In this document: positions 33,003-38,850 of the stretch, in pieces
How the letters are laid out: each line of letters opens with the position of its first letter
Position numbering within the stretch: position 1 is the first letter of the stretch
Assembly (NCBI GenBank): GCA_032718475.1
Contig: JAUCBJ010001523.1
Coordinates: forward strand, 1-38,850
DNA: 38,850 nt
Source: Nemertoderma westbladi
Lineage: Eukaryota; Animalia; Xenacoelomorpha
Reading direction: 5' to 3'
The notes under the pieces: generated by a model
What the model was told of the DNA's origin: nothing
Database searches by the model: none
What the model saw: the letters and a program-made list of their open reading frames with translations, nothing else
Made by a program: the position numbers and the translations under genes

Positions 33003-35829
33003 AGTCTAAATAATGTTTGCCTTCCGGCAAAAATATCTCGCAAAGGTTCGAGATATAATTATAATTTAACCGAAAATACGGTCAAATTATTTGTCAAATA
33101 ATCAGTTGGTCCAAAATGTCAAAATAAATTCGCAATGCAATATTGTGAATTTAATGGGGTATAGTTATAGCAAATACTAGCACAATATTTAAACAAAAAT
33201 ATTATTATATAGCTACTATATAGTATTAAATACCGGTATAGCACAAATAACTTTGAATCTAATACAAAATATTCAAAATAAACTTGCCACCCGAATATTT
33301 CTAATTTTATATATATAGCTCTAATCAACGTAATTTTAGTTTCAAATATTATATGTATCCACTAGCGCGTGGCTACATCTTCGGGTTGCGACTCTCTCTA
33401 ACTCTCTCTCTAACTTGAGCGATTCAAAAAACCATGGCCGGCTAAACCTAAATATCCTAACTAATAAATTGAGTTCAGCTTCGCAGTTAAACAACCGATA
33501 ATTTTTTACTGCTTCCACAAACACACTGGTGCCAACAGAACAACTAACCTTGTTTGCTGTGAGATTCCACGTCCGCGTCCAAAGATTCAGGCCCTTCGCT
33601 GATTGCAAACCGAACCCGCAGACCCACACGAACCCCAAACTCAGAAGTTCCGTCTTGCCATGTATCTCCAGATGGTATAAAATAACTAAGCGGTTACCTA
33701 ACATACCGGTACAAAACTCTAGAATTTTACAAAATAATTTTGACCGAAACTGAATTCTCGCAAACCTAGCTAAAATTTTCAAAAAACTTACTAATTACAA
33801 TTTGCCCTAAGGCCTAAGGAACTGCTGTATTCGCAATTAGCAAAAACGCACTACCGTACATCCACTGTATGCAGTACAGTAAGTAAAACAGTACACCAAC
33901 CTAACAGCCTAATGATACTGTATGTGGTACGGCAAAACAAATGTCCCTTCTACCGTACGCAGTAACAGCAATCAGCCTAATGTACTACTGTACTATTGTA
34001 CGCAGCCAGTGAATACAGTAATCTAAACTAACAGCCTAAAAGAATATACTCAATGTCTTACTGTACGCTAGCCTATAGCCTACAGCAGACGATCACGTGC
34101 TCTAATTTATTACTCAATACTGTGATACAACTAACAGCCTAAGAATACACTACTGCCTTACTGTACGCAGTACAGCAAAGCAATATGCACGTATCACTGA
34201 TAAACAACCGCGACCTCTATACTAACAGCAGAACTGTTGAACAGACCAATACCCGTTAATATCCTTCTGCCAACCTAATGAGCTCTCGCCTAACCAATAA
34301 GACACAAAGACTGCTCTACTGTTAAGTAAAGGGGATCAGGAGCGTGATATTACTAAATTGTAAAGGTTGCTAAATACAAAACCGCTACTTACCGTTAGAT
34401 GGCGCTAATCTGCCGTCCGCTAATATATTTTACTAATTTTACACAGCTCCTGCAAAATCGCTTGTTCCTTTCTCTACCGATCGCTCGATAGAGAGCTAAC
34501 TGTTCGAATCTATGAGCCACGCGGGAATAACCAAAACAATAAACCCGAGTCGGCTCCCTAAGCTTACTTAAGACGAGTGCGAGAGGCTTTGCACTCAGAG
34601 TATTCTTACGCCTAATTCTATCACTATTAAAGCACGCTATTGCCTACGTCTTTTCTAATCGCGAATACTGGGGGTTCTCTAACGTAATGTGTGAATGCGA
34701 GAATATTTAAATATCAAAATGGTACAGTATTTGTCTCTCGTGGATAGTACCGCTCTGGGTCTAAACTTGCCTGCAGCTGGCTTTAGGCCAGCAAATTACT
34801 AGCGTTTCGTGTGTGCCGAATAGTGCGATCTAGCTGATTGCCCGCTAATGCAAATAACCGCTCAGCGTGAATAGTTTACAGTACTCTAATTATTACCTTA
34901 GCTACTCTCCGCTATGCTGCGTACTAATTCTTAATTTTTACTAATCAATTACAGTCACAAATATTTAACAGCGTACTAATTACTAAGAGTTCCAGAATAC
35001 GTAATTCTAATTTATCACGCAACAGGTTTCGCTAGTAATAGCCTAAATTGCCGTATTACTTTGACCTAATCAGTAACTAATTGTTGTAACTAAGAAATAG
35101 AAATCAATCAAAGAGAAAAGAGCGCCTACCTAAACATTCACAATCATAGGCACACTTCAGTAACACACCAATCAGCGTCAGCAATCACAGTTCGCAATTA
35201 TGCAGTTAACTACTGTATAGCCCACAATTATGCGACTCACTATTCGTACTCCACACTCAACGTTGTGATACGTGCAGGCCTCTCCCGGGTACATATAGGA
35301 CTCCTAACTAACCTGATTCCTGCCCCCCTAATACTAAATAGAGACGAAACCTGGATCATCAGCCCCCTAATTACTGTACCAGCGATTGGTCTGCATACCA
35401 CAGCGTTAACTTCCCGACCGCAACGGTGACCCCCCGCCAGCGTTGCTCGCTTTTGAATCCTCCGCTCTCCCTTCGTCGCTAACCCCCCGATGTGCCCACC
35501 GCCCACTGGCGCCTTAGCCCTCCATTATGCTAATAGCTACCGTAGCGGCGCATGCAAATCACAAAGTCTGACAGTCTCAGAAATCCCTTAGGATTATTGC
35601 GCAGAAAGGAATCACATAGAACCATTAATCAAAAGGTAGAAATCATAGTTCCAGTTGTAATTAGCAGTAATCGAAGGAATTAATTGAGAAACACAATCAA
35701 GAGTAATCGCACTAGCAAATCATTTCAAGAAATTAATCAAAATTAGCAAATTGCAGAAAATACGCTAAAATATCCGTCAAAAATGAATAGAGACAGCTCA
35801 GCAAGTACAACAGGTGATAGCAGATCATG

Positions 35830-35925
35830 TGAGGTGCAGTAGGCTCTACCGGCACACCGCCAATTTATAGGTGATCCGGATGGGGTGATGCAATAGGGTG
35901 ACTCAATCGCTCTCCTATTGGCTCT
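35830..35925 (-). promoter_or_regulatory. Putative LTR (U3) Pol II promoter
   Basis: Minus strand: CCAAT (~35907-35911), AP-1-type TGAGTCA (~35889-35895), TATAAAT (35863-35869), and an Inr-like TCACAT about 30 nt downstream, oriented towards ORF0/gag. Confidence 0.5.
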
Positions 35926-36407
35926 CCAGTCCGTGCTAGCATTAGACCAACCTGGAAGCAGTTAGTCCAATAAGGAGGCCGGATTGTAGCCCTATTGCCT
36001 GCCCAAACCTCAAATTATTACCATATATGGTAATGGTTCACGTCCCTGGCTGCTGAATGGCCAGGACAGCGTCCCTATATGCTAGCCCTATCGATGCTAA
36101 TATCAGCAAGCACAAAATCCAGGGTCCGAATAAACTTGCTACCCTGGAACTATCTACATATATCCTAATACAAAATTACGTAGGTAGGGCTACATACTAT
36201 ACAAAATGGATGGATTCAAATATATGGGTGTTTCGATTTCCCTATCTAAATATCATTGCGTTATTATGCCTTATCTAAAATATTATGCTGCACAACGGAC
36301 TAATATTACGTACAGTATAACGGACTAATATTGCATACTGCATAACGACTAATATACATACTGCATAATGACTAATATATGTGGATACAGCGCCATATAC
36401 CGTAACA

Positions 36408-36584
36408 GGTGCTATAACTCGAAAACTACCCAATATTTTTTAAAACAGTTTTCACTACTAGGAAGACAATAGATTTTTAGGAAAAGTCATAAAATTTCAG
36501 ATTCCCAACTGCGTTTGTTTCAGAATTATAATAAAAAAACCACGGGGGGGGTCATATTGACCCCCCCCCCCGGGTTTAATAGGG
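36408..36584. mobile_element. Right half of a piggyBac-like MITE
   Basis: Ends GGGGGGGGTCATATTGACCCCCCCCCCCGGGTTTAATAGGG|TTAA. The left half is not in the window. Confidence 0.6.
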
Positions 36585-37185
36585 TTAATAAGTTTATCAT
36601 AATTAATGTATTTGCTTAAAAGTGTGTTTAAAGTTAATTAGGTTCTTAATAAGTAACTTTTAAGTTTATAATTCATTGGATCTAGGGTATATTGCGACAG
36701 GGTTAAACCGTGGAATGAAGAATCTCCCACCCCTAGTGTCCTCGTATATATTAATCTTCAAAGTACTACCTGCCTACAGAATAATAGTGTCAATAAACAA
36801 CCCCCCCCCCCCCCCCCCCCCCCTCTCACCCTCATACAGTTTAATAGAAATAACTATATTTATTACCCTATTATTGAGTTATTTTTATTTACGTTATTTT
36901 GAGTTATATTTGAGTTATTTTTAGTTATCCTATTGAATATTGGATAATAGTGGAATAGTGAATATAGTAATGGTGGAATAACCCACCATTACTACAAATT
37001 TTTATTTCCAACAACGTTAAAGCAGGACAACTAACAAAAAAATATCAACAAACATACTATATTTAAACATCATATTTTTACGATTGCAACACCGTTATCT
37101 GGACCCGGAGGTAACTTTAGTTAGAAATTTATCAGTAATTCATCTGTATCTTGGATATCCACAACGCAAACGGCAATTAAATAGC

Positions 37186-37410
37186 TGGTTTTCGTGCTGT
37201 GCTCCCATTCTAACAACCATTCCCAAAATTTTTTGTACTGATATTTTCAAAAAATATTGTCCCCTCAAAATAAACAAAATTGCGGTGTATTGGTTTTTTG
37301 GATGCTGATCATGATCATGGTTTTCGTGCTGTGCTCCCATTCTAACAACCATCCCCAAAAATTGTTGTACTCATATTTTCAAAAAATGTTGTCCCCTCAA
37401 AATAAACAAA
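37186..37410. repeat. ~95-bp direct duplication, period 132 bp
   Basis: TGGTTTTCGTGCTGTGCTCCCATTCTAACAACCAT...CCCCTCAAAATAAACAAA at 37186 and 37318. Confidence 0.9.
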
Positions 37411-37454
37411 TAACTCGTAATAACTGCTGTTGGCCAGGGACCGCTAAGGGCAGC

Positions 37455-38850
37455 CCTTGTCCTTTAGACCTAGCGAGTTACCAAATCCACCTCTACAGGC
37501 AGCAGGAAGTTGGCGATTATCGAATTAACTCATCCAACTTAACGAGATCCATGTGCTCCATGTACCGAGACGCAAAAGTTAACTAAAAAAATGTAAAGTT
37601 ATCTTTGTACATTATTTCAGGGAATACGTCCTTGTCCTTTAGACCTAGCGAGTTACCAAATCCACCTCTACAGGCAGCAGGAAGTTGGCGATTATCGAAT
37701 TAACTCATCCAACTTAACGAGATCGAGATTGGTTTGATGATATGTTATGATATGATATGTTATATCGATCAACAGAATCCGTCGATCTTTTTTCTTGTTT
37801 TCGATCATCGAATTTTGTATGACGATTTCTTGATGTTGAAGAAATCGAGACGCAAAAGTTAACTAAAAAAAAGTAAAGTTATCTTTGGACATTATTTCAG
37901 GGAATACGTCCTTGTCCTTTAGACCTAGCGAGTTACCAAATCCACCTCTACAGGCAGCAGGAAGTTGGCAATTATCGAATTAACTCATCCAACTTAACGA
38001 GATCGAGATTGGTTTGATGATATGTTATGATATGATATGTTATATCGATCAACAGAATCCGTCGATCTTTTTTCTTGTTTTCGATCATCGAATTTTGTAT
38101 GACGATTTCCTGATGTTGAAGAAATCGAGACGCAAAAGTTAACTAAAAAAAAGTAAAGTTATCTTTGTACATTATTTCAGGGAATACATCCTTGTCCTTT
38201 AGACCTAGCGAGTTACCAAATCCACCTCTACAGGCAGCAGGAAGTTGGCGATTATCGAATTTTGTATGACGATTTCTTGATGTTGAAGAAATAGAGACGC
38301 AAAAGTCAACTAAAAAAAAGTAAAGTTATCTTTGTACATTATTTCAGGGAATACGTCCTTGTCCTTTAGACCTAGCGAGTTACCAAATCCACCTCTTGTT
38401 TTCGAAGATGATTTCTTGGTGTTTATAATATCGAGACACAAAAGTTAACTAAAAAAAAGTAAAGTTATCTTTGTACATTATTTCAGGGAATACGTCCTTG
38501 TCCTTTAGACCTAGCGAGTTACCAAATCCACCTCTACAGGCAGCAGGAAGTTGGCGATTATCGAATTTTGTATGACGATTTCTTGATGTTGAAGAAATCG
38601 AGACGCAAAAGTCAACTAAAAAAAGTAAAGTTATCTTTGTACATTATTTCAGGGAATACGTCCTTGTCCTTTAGACCTAGCGAGTTACCAAATCCACCTC
38701 TACAGGCAGCAGGAAGTTGGCGATTATCGAATTTTGTATGACGATTTCTTGATGTTGAAGAAATCGAGACGCAAAAGTCAACTAAAAAAAAGTAAAGTTA
38801 TCTTTGTACATTATTTCAGGGAATACGTCCTTGTCCTTTAGACCTAGCGA
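37455..38850. repeat. Modular satellite, units 139-280 bp, continuing off the right edge
   Basis: Core CCTTGTCCTTTAGACCTAGCGAG starts at 37455, 37630, 37910, 38190, 38357, 38496, 38662 and 38829 (spacings 175, 280, 280, 167, 139, 166, 167). Confidence 0.97.

Larger units (their letters stand above)
22957..36407 (-). mobile_element. BEL/Pao LTR retrotransposon, near-intact coding region, 3' LTR not found
   Basis: gag with three BEL-type Zn knuckles; pol in PR-RT-RH-IN order with BEL motifs. Probable 5' end TGTTACGGTATATGGCG at 36407, abutting an interrupted MITE. Boundaries are inferred. Confidence 0.9.

Noticed and set aside
33342-33782. 146-aa ORF upstream of ORF0
   Set aside because: Non-ATG start and no recognisable motifs; it overlaps the segment better explained as the RNA duplex partner.
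36385-36395. tRNA-Ser primer-binding site TGGCGCTGT
   Set aside because: Only ~9 nt match. It lies 12 nt inside the presumed TGT start and upstream of the TATA box, and fits the ATGGCG motif common at LTR starts better.
37455-38850. CRISPR-like array
   Set aside because: The intervening sequences are themselves repeated rather than unique spacers, there are no cas genes, and the context is eukaryotic.

Overview
Eukaryotic, AT-rich, repeat-dominated window, most likely from an invertebrate animal (inferred from ATR/BAF-like genes and the transposon types). It has four parts. (1) 1-4300: a rearranged gene-fragment cluster on the minus strand. It holds an intronless N-terminal ~600 aa of the checkpoint kinase ATR joined to a Ty3/Gypsy pol relic whose RT/RNase H core is replaced by a 12-bp tandem repeat, a divergent BAF (barrier-to-autointegration factor)-like ORF, and a second ATR fragment running off the left edge. 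(2) 4500-22950: deeply nested non-autonomous DNA transposons (MULE-type with 9-bp TSD, hAT with 8-bp TSD, Harbinger-like, Tc1/pogo-like), including four CAGT-ended elements with 5-bp TSDs, plus RTE-LINE and MULE transposase relics. (3) ~22957-36407: a ~13.4-kb BEL/Pao LTR retrotransposon on the minus strand with near-intact coding capacity and an unusual layout. It has a long 5' region, an extra upstream ORF0, and a 1.1-kb hairpin-dense spacer. gag and pol are in one frame, separated by a single UAG followed by an MLV-like 8-nt spacer and stem. The 5' leader and 3' UTR are extensively complementary, with G-U-compatible mismatches, and no second LTR is detectable. (4) 36408-38850: a piggyBac-like MITE end and a modular 139-280-bp satellite. 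All homology calls are from motif recognition by eye; no searches or folding were run.
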